Notes: a model not told the origin generated them from the letters alone. DNA of 64,000 nucleotides from an uncultured Pelagibacteraceae bacterium (GCA_902555945.1 CACDUS010000006.1:9505-73504), one strand, 5' to 3'. Counted from the stretch's first letter, positions 10,375-20,985 are shown. Numbers and translations: made by a program.

Positions 10375-12387
10375 CATTTTTAACCATTCCTTTTGATTTA
10401 AAATTGTAATGCCAAAATCTTTTGCAGCATCTATTTTTCTTTTTGTAGGTTTATCTCCAACTATCAGATAATTAAGTTTTTTTGATATATTACTAATTAT
10501 TGTTCCTGAATTTTGTTCTATGATTGATTTAGCTTCAGCTCTACTCATTCCATTTAATTTACCTGTTAAAAGAAAAGTTTTATCTTTTAACAGTCCATTT
10601 CTTTTTGTTTCAATGCTATCTTTTATTGATAAAATTTTTGAAAGATCATTTAAAACTTTTAAATTTGTTTTGTTAGAGAAAAAATTTTTAATTGATTTGA
10701 TCTGAGTTTCACCTATTCCATCAATATTTAATAATTCATTTATTTTTTTATTTTTTGAAAGATCTGAGAATTTTTTGAAAGTTTTTAAATATTTCGCAAT
10801 CAATTTTGCGTTTTCAAGACCAATGTGTCTAATGCCAAGTGAATAGATAAACCTTTCAAAAGAAATATTTTTACGAATATCAATTGAATATTTTAGATTT
10901 GAAACTGATTGTCTTCCCCAACCCTCCATACTTTGAATTTTATTATAATCTAAATTAAATATATCTTGAGGTAATTTAATTAATTTTAGTTTCCAAAAAT
11001 TTTCAACAATTTTTTTTCCAAAACCCTCGATATTTAAAGCTTCTTTTGAAACGAAATGTTTTATCTTTTCAACTGATACTTTATTACATTCAAATCCTTC
11101 GCTTGAACATCTTCTTACAGCATCTTCTTTTTTTGTTATTACATTAAATTCTTTTATAGTTTTTGAACCACAGGAAGGGCAAATAGTAGGAAATAAAAAT
11201 TTAGTTGATTTTTTATCTCTTTTATTTAAATCCACTGAAATAATATGTGGTATAACATCTCCAGCTCTTTCAACTGTTACCACATCTCCAATTCTTATAT
11301 CTTTTCTATTTATCTCATCTTCATTATGTAAAGTTGCATTTGATACAACTACTCCACCTATATTTATTGGATGAATTTTAGCTACAGGTGTAAGTGCACC
11401 TGTTCTTCCAATTTGAATATCAATATCTATAATTTTTGAAATTCCATTATTTGCAGAAAATTTATGCGCAATAGCCCATCTTGGTGCATTAGCTACAAAA
11501 CCCAATCTTTTTTGAAGTTGAAAATCATTGATTTTATAAACAATTCCATCAATATCAAAATCTAATTCGCTTCTTTTTTTTTCGATCTGATAATAGTTTG
11601 CCATCAAATTTTTTGTTCCAACTATTAATTTATTTAGTGGATTGGTCTTAAATCCCCAGTCGCTCAATTTATTCAAATAATCATTTTGACTATTTATTTT
11701 CATCCCTTTCACAAAACCAAATGTGTAAGCGATAAACTTAAGAGGAATTTTTTTTGTATCCTCAGGATTTTTTTGTCTTAAAGAGCCAGATGCAGCATTT
11801 CTTGGATTAGCGAAAGTATCTGATAATTTTTTAAAATCACTATTTTGAATAAAAACTTCACCTCTTATATCGATTTCTTTAGGAAAATCTTTTGATGAAA
11901 TATATTGCGGTATATCTTTTATTGTTTTTAAATTTTCAGTTATATCCTCTCCTTCTTGACCATCACCTCTAGATAAACCCGTAACAAGTTTTCCATTGAC
12001 ATAAACTAAAGATGCAGAAATTCCATCAATTTTTGGTTCTGCACTATATTCAATTTTAAAATATTTATCTTTATCTAGATAATTTGCTATTTTTTTTTCA
12101 AAATTAATCAAGTCTTCCTCAGTAAATGCGTTAGCAAGTGATAACATTGGGACTTTGTGTTGAACTTTTTTAAAATTCTTAGATGGTTTAAAACCAACTA
12201 TTTTTGAAGGTGAAAGTTTATGATCTAAAAAATCGTATTTTTTTTCTAACTGTAATATTTCTTTTTTTAATAAATCATATTTATCATCAGATATTAAAGG
12301 ATTATTTTTATCATAATAGTTTTCATTATATTTATTTATTTCTTTTATTTTTTTTAAATAATTACTTTTAATTTTGGCATCCTTCAT
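10357..12387 (-). CDS. ligA: NAD-dependent DNA ligase
   Basis: EPKIDG (adenylation Lys), TRG-equivalent SRGDGQEGEDIT, NPRNAASGSLRQ, Zn-finger cysteines, C-terminal BRCT. Confidence 0.97.
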   Translation of the reverse strand: MKDAKIKSNYLKKIKEINKYNENYYDKNNPLISDDKYDLLKKEILQLEKKYDFLDHKLSPSKIVGFKPSKNFKKVQHKVPMLSLANAFTEEDLINFEKKIANYLDKDKYFKIEYSAEPKIDGISASLVYVNGKLVTGLSRGDGQEGEDITENLKTIKDIPQYISSKDFPKEIDIRGEVFIQNSDFKKLSDTFANPRNAASGSLRQKNPEDTKKIPLKFIAYTFGFVKGMKINSQNDYLNKLSDWGFKTNPLNKLIVGTKNLMANYYQIEKKRSELDFDIDGIVYKINDFQLQKRLGFVANAPRWAIAHKFSANNGISKIIDIDIQIGRTGALTPVAKIHPINIGGVVVSNATLHNEDEINRKDIRIGDVVTVERAGDVIPHIISVDLNKRDKKSTKFLFPTICPSCGSKTIKEFNVITKKEDAVRRCSSEGFECNKVSVEKIKHFVSKEALNIEGFGKKIVENFWKLKLIKLPQDIFNLDYNKIQSMEGWGRQSVSNLKYSIDIRKNISFERFIYSLGIRHIGLENAKLIAKYLKTFKKFSDLSKNKKINELLNIDGIGETQIKSIKNFFSNKTNLKVLNDLSKILSIKDSIETKRNGLLKDKTFLLTGKLNGMSRAEAKSIIEQNSGTIISNISKKLNYLIVGDKPTKRKIDAAKDFGITILNQKEWLKMLDNAS

Positions 12388-12388
12388 T

Positions 12389-13228
12389 TTATCTAAAAAG
12401 TTTTTTAAAACCTCTGAGTATAATATTTTGTTTATCTTTTTTTATTTTTTCTTTTGGATCTTCATAATCTTTATTAAAAACTCTATAGCTTTCTTTATAC
12501 CATTCACTGCTTTGATAATTATAGCCTAATAAAGATGCATATTTTTTCGCTTCATTTTCAAGTCCTATCATATAATTTATTTCAACCAACCTATGAAGTG
12601 CTTCCTCGACATATTCTGTTTTTTCAAAGTTATTTACGACATTTTTAAATCTATTAATTGCAGGTATCCATTTTTTTCTAGATACATAATACTTTCCAAT
12701 ATAAATTTCTTTAGAAGCTAAAACATTTTCTATTAAATCTAATTTAAATTTAGCATCTAGGGCGAAATCAGTGTTTGGAAAATCTTTTACAACAATATTA
12801 AAATATTTTTTTGAATTAAGTAAAGGTGAAAGATCTTTTTTTTCATCAACTATCAATTCATAATAACAAGTACCAAGTAAGAAATAAGCGTAAGATATAT
12901 TTTCATTTGTTGGATAATTTCTCAAAAATCTTTTCAATTCTGATATTGCATCACCATAATAATCTTGACTGTAAAAAGAATATGCAGCCATTAAAACAGA
13001 TCTTGATGCCCAAATAGATTGCGGATATAGATTTTCAACTGCATTAAAGTTTTTTGCAGCAAAAAGTACATCTCCTTCCTCTAAAGATTTAAGGCCTTCA
13101 TTATAAGCATTGATCATCTCTGCTTCTAAATCTATACCTTTAATATCAACTTCTTTTTCTTTCTTGCCACCACAACTTGCTAGAAACGATAAAAGAAAAA
13201 TTAATAGAAATTTGAAAATATATTTCAT
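12389..13228 (-). CDS. bamD: Outer membrane protein assembly factor BamD (lipoprotein)
   Basis: Lipobox-like LASC, TPR helices, YP.S.WA, EEALHRLVE, W..ESY. Confidence 0.92.
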   Translation of the reverse strand: MKYIFKFLLIFLLSFLASCGGKKEKEVDIKGIDLEAEMINAYNEGLKSLEEGDVLFAAKNFNAVENLYPQSIWASRSVLMAAYSFYSQDYYGDAISELKRFLRNYPTNENISYAYFLLGTCYYELIVDEKKDLSPLLNSKKYFNIVVKDFPNTDFALDAKFKLDLIENVLASKEIYIGKYYVSRKKWIPAINRFKNVVNNFEKTEYVEEALHRLVEINYMIGLENEAKKYASLLGYNYQSSEWYKESYRVFNKDYEDPKEKIKKDKQNIILRGFKKLFR

Positions 13229-13256
13229 AATCCCTATTATTAGTTTAAAAAAATTT

Positions 13257-14177
13257 TTATGCTATTGATTTAAATAGATTTTTTTTGATATAGGTATGAG
13301 GTAAATTCTTTTCTTTTATCTCAATAATTGAAAAATTATCATTATTATTGAATACTTTTCTCAATAGTTCATTAGTCAAATGATGACCTCCTTGAGAGCA
13401 TTCAATTTTTGCTAACAATCTATAACCACATGTATAAAGGTCCCCAATGCAATCTAAGATCTTATGATTTACAAATTCTTTTTTGTTTCTTAAGCCTTCA
13501 TCATTTAAAATTTCCTTATCTTTAACAACTATAGCATTGTCTAAACTACCACCTTTAGCTAAACCATTTTTTTTAATTTCTTCGATATCCTCGTAAAGAC
13601 AAAAAGTTCGTGAATTAAAAATATCCTCAAGGTTATCTTCATAAACATTAATCTTATTTCTTTGGCTTCCTATAACTGGGTTGCTGTACTTAAGCTCATA
13701 ATCAATATCTAAACTTAATTTTGATGGTTCAATTGAAATTTTTCTTTCACCATCTTTAAACTCAACTTTTTGATTAATCTTTATAATTTTAATAGGCACT
13801 GAACTTACTTGTAATCCAGTCAAAAATATCTTTTCAATAAATTCTTTTGCAGATCCATCAAGTATAGGAATTTCAATATTATCAATTTCGATTAAAGCAT
13901 TGTCTACACCTAAGCCAAATAAAGCACCCATCAAATGTTCAATAGTAGATACCTGAACACCATACTCATTTGATATTGTGGTATTCAAGGATGTATTGCT
14001 AACATTTTCAAAACTTGGATAAATCAAATTATTTTGATTTAAATCTATTCTTTTAAAAACTATTCCTGTATTTGGAGTAGCTGGTTTTATTGATAAATTA
14101 ACCTTCTCACCACTATGGAGCCCTACTCCCGAAAAATTTACATTATTTTTAACAGTTTTTTGATTTAACGCTGACAC
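13257..14177 (-). CDS. lpxC: UDP-3-O-acyl-GlcNAc deacetylase
   Basis: GVGLHSG, STIEHLMGAL, PILDGSA, HKILDCIGD, GGHHL; GTG start. Confidence 0.97.
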   Translation of the reverse strand: MSALNQKTVKNNVNFSGVGLHSGEKVNLSIKPATPNTGIVFKRIDLNQNNLIYPSFENVSNTSLNTTISNEYGVQVSTIEHLMGALFGLGVDNALIEIDNIEIPILDGSAKEFIEKIFLTGLQVSSVPIKIIKINQKVEFKDGERKISIEPSKLSLDIDYELKYSNPVIGSQRNKINVYEDNLEDIFNSRTFCLYEDIEEIKKNGLAKGGSLDNAIVVKDKEILNDEGLRNKKEFVNHKILDCIGDLYTCGYRLLAKIECSQGGHHLTNELLRKVFNNNDNFSIIEIKEKNLPHTYIKKNLFKSIA

Positions 14178-14241
14178 GTCAAACTTTTAATATTCATTCA
14201 CTTAAAATCAAAAACAACTAATGTTACTAGAAAATACAAGG

Positions 14242-14943
14242 TTAGCTAAAAAAATTAAAAAATTTCTCAAAAAAACCCTTATTTTTCGAGGTTTTAACAT
14301 AAAACTCCACTTCATTAGGGTTGCAACCTTCAGTTATTTTTTTGGTATTTTTAAAAAAATCATCTTTGTTGTTAAAGTAACTCTTAACATACTGGCCACT
14401 TACAATTTTATTAATCGAGATTTGATACTTCTCCAAACAGTTCTCTAATTTTGAAACTAAATTAATTGATAAACAAATAAAATTTATATCTAAAGAGTAA
14501 TTATTACATATTAAATCTCTTGGCAACTTAGAGTAATCATTATTATTAATTTTAAAATTATTAATTAACATATGAATTATTTTTTTATTTTCTAAAGTTT
14601 TTTCACATTGATCTTTAGCTTCATTTAAAGAATAAGATAAATCTTCTAAAGTAAGAATTTTACCATTATTGTTATTTTTTACTGACAATTGAACATTCAA
14701 GAAACCTTCAGTTTCAAGAATTAAGGTTACTTGTTTTATGAATTGCTTTAAATTTTTTTCAAGTTTTAAAATGTTATTATCCAAAAATTTTTGTAACTTT
14801 TCAAAATCAAATTCATTTAAATTGTTTTCAATTAATAATTCATATTCGTAAATTTTTTCAGAAGTATCATGTTTCATTGCAGAAATTGCAAATTTATTTT
14901 TTGACACAAGTATAAAAACTTCAAAAACTAAATCATCATTCAT
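14242..14943 (-). CDS. Reduced FtsA-like cell division protein (apparent loss of ATPase motif and lobe 2)
   Basis: Sits directly after ftsQ. Has a 1C-like segment (IIHMLINNFKIN...LENCLEKYQISINKIV) and a C-terminal amphipathic FFEKFFNFFS. Only 233 aa and no DIGT motif. Confidence 0.65.
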   Translation of the reverse strand: MNDDLVFEVFILVSKNKFAISAMKHDTSEKIYEYELLIENNLNEFDFEKLQKFLDNNILKLEKNLKQFIKQVTLILETEGFLNVQLSVKNNNNGKILTLEDLSYSLNEAKDQCEKTLENKKIIHMLINNFKINNNDYSKLPRDLICNNYSLDINFICLSINLVSKLENCLEKYQISINKIVSGQYVKSYFNNKDDFFKNTKKITEGCNPNEVEFYVKTSKNKGFFEKFFNFFS

Positions 14944-15607
14944 TTATTATCACTTGATTTTTTTGCCTTAAATCAATTGTTTTTATTTTTTTAAAATCAT
15001 TTTTTTTTATTAATTCAACATAAAAATTAAGAGTCTCATCAACCATTGACCTTGGCAATTTTATAATTACTCCTGAAAAAGTTTCAATATCCCATCTACC
15101 AGATGTAAAGAAAAATAAATTTTTTACCTCATCAAATTCAAAATTTGATCTTTCAATATCCTTTTTTAGATCAAAAAACTTTTCGATTTCTAAATCACCA
15201 TAAATAAGAGGTAATTTTTTTTTCATATCACTGGCTACAATCAATTTTTTATTAGATCCTAAAATAAAAGTTTTATTATCTTTAATTGTATAAGCCATAT
15301 ATTTAGCCTTTTGGATCTTAACATTTAATGTGGTTGGATATTTTTTAGACATATTAAATTCATCTATGTAACTTATATTATTTATTATTTTTTCTATTTT
15401 TTTAGGATCCAAAAAAAATAAATTATCACTTTTAAGGACTTCTAAACTTTTTAAAATTTCTGAATTTTCTTGATTATCTAATCCACTAATATTGATTTGA
15501 TTTATTTTTGGAAAATGAAAATTACTTAAATTTTTATTATTTAAAGTTCCTATTATGCAAAACAAAAAAAGATATATTAGTATTTTTTTATTTTTTTTTG
15601 TATGCAT
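14936..15607 (-). CDS. ftsQ: Cell division protein FtsQ/DivIB
   Basis: After ddl. N-terminal TM, POTRA-like INISGL...KKYPTTLNVKI, C-terminal GRWD and IDLR motifs. Confidence 0.82.
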   Translation of the reverse strand: MHTKKNKKILIYLFLFCIIGTLNNKNLSNFHFPKINQINISGLDNQENSEILKSLEVLKSDNLFFLDPKKIEKIINNISYIDEFNMSKKYPTTLNVKIQKAKYMAYTIKDNKTFILGSNKKLIVASDMKKKLPLIYGDLEIEKFFDLKKDIERSNFEFDEVKNLFFFTSGRWDIETFSGVIIKLPRSMVDETLNFYVELIKKNDFKKIKTIDLRQKNQVIINE

Positions 15608-16502
15608 CTTTTAAAATTAATTCAATAAGTTTAATAAAACTTATACCATGATAAGCTGCAATCTCAGGTACTAATGATAAACTGGTCATACCAGGCTGAG
15701 TATTAATTTCTAAAAGATAAAATTTGCCTTTATAAAATTTAAAATCTGATCGTGTAACTCCACTACAGCCAATTAATTGATGAACTTTAAAACTTACATT
15801 CATCAATTTATTATAATCTTTTTTTGATAAATCTACCGGAATGATATGTTTTGTTTTAGCTTTTGAACTATATTTTGCTTTATAATCATAAAATTTTCTT
15901 TTAGGTTTTAATTCTATGGCACCAAGTTTTTTTGGTCCTATAATTGCTGCTTGAATTTCTCTGCCTGGAATAAATTCTTCTATAATTATTTTTTTATAGT
16001 CTTTTAATAATTCAATATATTTGAAAAGATTTAGTTTTGTGCATATAAAAACATTTACACTAGATCCTTCATTTATAGGTTTTATTACTACTGGAAATTT
16101 TAAATTTTTATTTATCTGATTAACTAATTTGTTTTTTGAAATATTAAAAGAATAAGCAATATATTTTGGGGTCAAAATATTATTTTTGAGAAATATCTTC
16201 TTCGATAACTCTTTATCCATTGCGATTGCAGATGCAATAACTCCAGAGTGTGTATAAGGTATACCTGATGTTTCTAATACACTTTGTATGTAGCCATCCT
16301 CACCAAATTGTCCATGAAGAGCATTAAATACAATGTTTGGTTTAAATGATTTTATTTTTTGAAATAATTCAAAATTTGGTTCAGTAATTTCAACATTATA
16401 ATTATTTTTTCTAAGTTCTTTAGCAACCTGTTTACCTGTATCCAGACTTATTTCTCTCTCTTTTGAAATACCCCCGCAGATTACTAATATTTTTTTTTTC
16501 AA
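15588..16502 (-). CDS. ddl: D-alanine--D-alanine ligase
   Basis: GGISKEREISL, NALHGQFGEDG, KPINEGSS, EEFIPGRE, LEINTQPGMT. Confidence 0.97.
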   Translation of the reverse strand: MKKKILVICGGISKEREISLDTGKQVAKELRKNNYNVEITEPNFELFQKIKSFKPNIVFNALHGQFGEDGYIQSVLETSGIPYTHSGVIASAIAMDKELSKKIFLKNNILTPKYIAYSFNISKNKLVNQINKNLKFPVVIKPINEGSSVNVFICTKLNLFKYIELLKDYKKIIIEEFIPGREIQAAIIGPKKLGAIELKPKRKFYDYKAKYSSKAKTKHIIPVDLSKKDYNKLMNVSFKVHQLIGCSGVTRSDFKFYKGKFYLLEINTQPGMTSLSLVPEIAAYHGISFIKLIELILKDAYKKK

Positions 16503-16503
16503 A

Positions 16504-17415
16504 TTATTCTAAAATTTTAATTTCTTTTTCTAAACTAATTCCAGTTTTTTCCAAAACATTTTTAGCTACAAAATTTATAAGTTTCACCATATCATCAAAT
16601 GATGCATTGCCTTTGTTTACAAAAAAATTATAATGTTTTTCAGAAATACAGGCATCTCCGAATTTTTTGTCCAGAGGTACCGATTCTTTTATTAGCTCCC
16701 AAACCTTTTTTTTTGTTTGCAATATTGGATTTTTAAAAGTACTACCACTTGTTTTTATTCTGGTTGGTTGATTTCTTTCTTTTTCAATTTTCAACTTATT
16801 CATTTCATTCTTTATTTTGTTATAATTGCTTTTAATACCTTTAAATGAAGCACTTAAAAAAATAAAATCTTCCGATAAATCATTTTTTCTATATTCAAAT
16901 TTAATATTTTTCTTTGGTATTGTTATTACATTTCCTTTTTTATCAATAGCTTGTATTGATAATAAAATATCTTGAAATTCTTTTCCAAAACAGCCAGCAT
17001 TCATTCTAATTCCACCACCCACTGTACCTGGAATACATGATAAGAATTCAAACCCACTTAAATTATTTTTCAATGCAAATTCAGAGAGAGTTTTATCTAA
17101 AACTCCACTTCCTGCTATTATTATGTCATCTTTTAATAAAGAAATATTATTAAAATCTTTGCTCAGTTTTATAACAACACCATTGTATAAATTATCTGTT
17201 ATTAAAGTGTTTGATCCTGCACCTAATATAAAAATTTTTTCATTTTCATTTATTTTTTTTAGAAACTTTATTAAATCTTTGAGGTTATTTGCTCTATAGT
17301 AAACTTTTGATTTTCCACCAATGTTAAACCAATTTTTTTTTTTTAAATCATATTCAAATTTAACGTCATCTCTAAATTCATTTAACAAATTTTGAAGTTG
17401 ATTTATTTCCATCAC
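16504..17415 (-). CDS. murB: UDP-N-acetylenolpyruvoylglucosamine reductase
   Basis: GAGSNTL, IPGTVGGGIRMNAG, SGSTFKNP. Confidence 0.96.
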   Translation of the reverse strand: MMEINQLQNLLNEFRDDVKFEYDLKKKNWFNIGGKSKVYYRANNLKDLIKFLKKINENEKIFILGAGSNTLITDNLYNGVVIKLSKDFNNISLLKDDIIIAGSGVLDKTLSEFALKNNLSGFEFLSCIPGTVGGGIRMNAGCFGKEFQDILLSIQAIDKKGNVITIPKKNIKFEYRKNDLSEDFIFLSASFKGIKSNYNKIKNEMNKLKIEKERNQPTRIKTSGSTFKNPILQTKKKVWELIKESVPLDKKFGDACISEKHYNFFVNKGNASFDDMVKLINFVAKNVLEKTGISLEKEIKILE

Positions 17416-18806
17416 ATTAATTCTGGAATTTTTCTCATCCAGCTAGAAATTGTTCCAGCGCCCATTCCAATCACAATTTTCTTTCCATACATATTTTTTT
17501 TAAGAAATTTTGCTAGCTGATCGTTGTTTTTCACAAAAAAAAGTTTTACTTTAGAATTCTTTATAATCTCTTTTGCAAACTTTAAATAGCTGAAGCCAAG
17601 CTTAACTTTTTCACCAGCAGTGTAAATCGGACACAAAATAACCATGTCAGCATTTTTAAACGCAAAAGAAAACTCTTTTCTTAGATCTTTTAATCTTGAA
17701 ATTCTATGAGGCTGAAAAACGCAAATTTTTTCATAATTTTTATAAACTTTATCAACACCATCTAAAACAAATTCTATTTCAGTCGGATGATGTGCATAGT
17801 CATCATAGAAATCTATATTATTAAATGTAAATATCTTATTAAACCTTCTTTGAACTCCTTTAAAATTTATTAATCCTTTTTTTATTTTTGAAATAGAAAT
17901 ACCAACATTTAGAGCTACTGCTGCAGCACCAACAGAGTTTCTAATATTGTGTATTCCAATTAATGGGATTTTGATACTTTTGATAATAATTTTTTTCTTA
18001 TTTGGAACATTTATTTGTAAATCAAATTCAGAAAATTTAGTATTTTGTTTAATATTTTTTATCAAATAATTTGATTTAGGGTTTGTTCCATAAGTATAAA
18101 AGTTTTTACTTTTTAGTCTTTTAACTAAATCAATATTAATTTTATCATCTATACAAATAAATGATTTTCCAAAAGACGGAACGTTATTTATAAATTTAAT
18201 AAAATATTTTTTTATATCTTCCATAGATTTGTAAAAATCCATATGCTCTCTATCGATATTAGTAATAATGGAATATGTTGGTGGTATATGTATAAAACTA
18301 CCATCAGACTCATCGGCCTCTAAGATTGACCAATCACTTTTACCTAATTTAGCAGTGTTTTTAATAGAATTAATTACCCCTCCGTTAATTATTGTTGGAT
18401 CAATTTTAGTTTTTTGAAAAATTGAGGCTACTAATGAGGTTGTAGTAGTTTTACCATGAGACCCCACAACAACTATATTCTTCATTAAAGAAACTATGTG
18501 AGCAAGCATTTGACCTCTTTTGATAATTGGTAAATTTTTCTTCCTAGCCTCAAGCACTTCTGGATTATTTTTTTTTATTGCAGAAGAAACAACAACAATA
18601 GTAGCATTTTTTAAATTTTGTTTTTTTTGACCTAAAAAAATTTTAATTTTTTCTTTTTTTAATCTTTCAATATTCTTATTAAAAACTAAATCACTTCCCT
18701 GTACTTTAAACCCTTTTCCATTCATAATTAAAGATAGTCCACTCATTCCAATTCCTCCAATACCAATAAAATGAATGATTTCAGTTTTAGCTAATTCAAT
18801 TTTCAT
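17412..18806 (-). CDS. murC: UDP-N-acetylmuramate--L-alanine ligase
   Basis: GIGGIGMSG, GSHGKTTTT, EADESDGS, GVQRRF, DDYAHHPTE, FQPHR. Confidence 0.97.
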   Translation of the reverse strand: MKIELAKTEIIHFIGIGGIGMSGLSLIMNGKGFKVQGSDLVFNKNIERLKKEKIKIFLGQKKQNLKNATIVVVSSAIKKNNPEVLEARKKNLPIIKRGQMLAHIVSLMKNIVVVGSHGKTTTTSLVASIFQKTKIDPTIINGGVINSIKNTAKLGKSDWSILEADESDGSFIHIPPTYSIITNIDREHMDFYKSMEDIKKYFIKFINNVPSFGKSFICIDDKINIDLVKRLKSKNFYTYGTNPKSNYLIKNIKQNTKFSEFDLQINVPNKKKIIIKSIKIPLIGIHNIRNSVGAAAVALNVGISISKIKKGLINFKGVQRRFNKIFTFNNIDFYDDYAHHPTEIEFVLDGVDKVYKNYEKICVFQPHRISRLKDLRKEFSFAFKNADMVILCPIYTAGEKVKLGFSYLKFAKEIIKNSKVKLFFVKNNDQLAKFLKKNMYGKKIVIGMGAGTISSWMRKIPELM

Positions 18807-19860
18807 TTAAACTTTCTAATATTTTTTTATTAACATTTGCCCAAGTATTCTCATTATTTAATTTTTTTAAATTTTCTTTTTTTTTAATGTAATCATTTTT
18901 TTTTTCAAAAATACTAATTAATGTTTGTTCAATTTTTTCTTCAAAGTAATTTTGTTCTATTAACCAGCAACAGTCATTTTTTTCATAAAAATTAGCATTT
19001 TCAAATTGATGGTTGTCTCTAGAGGACGGTAAAGGGACAGCTATAAATGGAATATTTAAAATAGACAATTCAGCTAAAGTGGAAGCACCAGCTCTTGTAA
19101 TACAAAGATCTGCTTCACTTATAATCCTCAAAAAGTTTTTTTCAAAACTAAATATTTTATTCTCAATATTATTATTAGAATAAAAATCTCTCAAATAAGA
19201 AATATTATTCTGACTCGTTTGATGAATAACCTTAATTGAATTTTTTTTTGAAATATTAACTATCGAGTTTTTTAAATTTTTATCAAAAATATTTGCTCCT
19301 TGGCTACCACCTACGATTAAAATGTTAATTTTTTCTTCTTTTTTAAATTCTTTTTTTACTTTATAAATATCTTTTTTCACAAGAGGATAAATTTTAATTA
19401 TCTTGCTTTTGAAATTTTGTGGAAAATTTTTTATTTTATTTGAATAACAAAAAATTTTTTTACATGAATTTAGAAAAAATTTATTTGCCCTACCTAAAAC
19501 TTGATTTGGTTCAATTAAATAAATATCTAAATTAAGTAATTTTGCAGCAAAAATTAAAGGTAAAGACATATATCCACCTGTTGAAAAAATTTTTTCTATT
19601 TTCTTAGTTTTTAAAATCAAAAAAGATTTAAAGATAAGAAATAGGATTACAAAAAAATTGATTGGTAAAAGAAAAATATTATTTAATCTTGGTGTGTCGA
19701 TTATATCAATGTTAGTAATATCTCTGTCTATATATTTCAATCCTCTTTTGTCTGTCGAAATGACAATATTTACTTCTTCTGACAAATGTTGATAAAGTAT
19801 TATCGCAGGAATTACATGGCCACCTGATCCACCAGTGCTAATCAAAAAATTTTTTTTCAT
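18796..19860 (-). CDS. murG: Lipid I GlcNAc transferase
   Basis: GGSGGHVIPA, TGGYMS, GGSQGA, RAGASTLAE, HQFENA. Confidence 0.95.
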   Translation of the reverse strand: MKKNFLISTGGSGGHVIPAIILYQHLSEEVNIVISTDKRGLKYIDRDITNIDIIDTPRLNNIFLLPINFFVILFLIFKSFLILKTKKIEKIFSTGGYMSLPLIFAAKLLNLDIYLIEPNQVLGRANKFFLNSCKKIFCYSNKIKNFPQNFKSKIIKIYPLVKKDIYKVKKEFKKEEKINILIVGGSQGANIFDKNLKNSIVNISKKNSIKVIHQTSQNNISYLRDFYSNNNIENKIFSFEKNFLRIISEADLCITRAGASTLAELSILNIPFIAVPLPSSRDNHQFENANFYEKNDCCWLIEQNYFEEKIEQTLISIFEKKNDYIKKKENLKKLNNENTWANVNKKILESLNEN

Positions 19861-20985
19861 TTAATTAATTTTTCTTTTAGTTAAATTCAAAATTATACCT
19901 GATAAAATTGAAATGCTAATTATCGAAGATCCTCCATAACTTATAAAAGGCAATGTCATTCCAGTTGTTGGAAATAATCTTATATTTACTCCGATATGTA
20001 TCATTGCCTGCATTAAAATTAAACTTATACATCCAACTAAAATTAATTTTATTTTTTCATCATTTTCTAAATAAACTTTTTTAAAAACTGAATAGATAAA
20101 AATTAAAAACAATAATAAAATTAGAATTATGGCAATTACACCAAATTCCTCTGAAATTACCGAAATTATATAATCAGTGTGAGCCTCTGGAACTCTATTC
20201 TTTAAAGTCCCTTCTCCAATTCCTTTACCAAAAAAACCTCCACTTATAATTGACTCAATTGCCTTATCCGACTGAAAGTTATGTGTGCCCCCCGTAGAAT
20301 CAAAAAAGGATAATAATCTATCTTTTATGTATCCAAATTTTTCAACATAAAAAACCAAATATAAAAACAATAAAATTATTGAAAAAAATAATACTAATAA
20401 AAAGATTATATTAATACCTGATGTGAAAATTAAAATCGACCAACTAAAAAAAACTAAAAGAGTTTGTCCTATGTCTGGTTGAAGAGCTAATAATAAAGCG
20501 ACTGATAATGTTAAAAGAAAAGAAATTAAATATTTAAAATAAATATTAGTATAAATCTGACTACTAAGTATTGAACTAATTAAAATTATTAAAAAGGGTT
20601 TTACTAATTCTATAGGTTGGAATCTTGGTAGCAAATATAAATCTATCCATCGCTTAGATCCTTTAACTTCTATACCAATAAATGGTACTAAAATTAAAAA
20701 AAATAAAGAAAATAAAAATATTATAAAAGAAAATTTGAGGAGTTTTTGTTGATTTATTGAAGAAAAAAAAATGATTATCAGAGTTGCAAGAAAAATAAAA
20801 AAAAAATGTTTAAAAAAAAAAGAATAATCATTAGTATTCAATTTATCTGAAGCTATCAACGAAGTAGAAACCAATGAAAAGAATAAACCTGTAAGAAATA
20901 ATAATATTATTAAAAAAAATATTAATTTATCAATATTTTTCCACCATTCATAATAAAAACTATATAAATAATTTTTATAATCCAT
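19861..20985 (-). CDS. ftsW: SEDS family peptidoglycan polymerase FtsW
   Basis: Multi-TM protein, GSKRW, FQPIELVK, LQPDIG, PEAHTDYI, PTTGMTLPFISYGGSS; between murD and murG. Confidence 0.95.
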   Translation of the reverse strand: MDYKNYLYSFYYEWWKNIDKLIFFLIILLFLTGLFFSLVSTSLIASDKLNTNDYSFFFKHFFFIFLATLIIIFFSSINQQKLLKFSFIIFLFSLFFLILVPFIGIEVKGSKRWIDLYLLPRFQPIELVKPFLIILISSILSSQIYTNIYFKYLISFLLTLSVALLLALQPDIGQTLLVFFSWSILIFTSGINIIFLLVLFFSIILLFLYLVFYVEKFGYIKDRLLSFFDSTGGTHNFQSDKAIESIISGGFFGKGIGEGTLKNRVPEAHTDYIISVISEEFGVIAIILILLLFLIFIYSVFKKVYLENDEKIKLILVGCISLILMQAMIHIGVNIRLFPTTGMTLPFISYGGSSIISISILSGIILNLTKRKIN

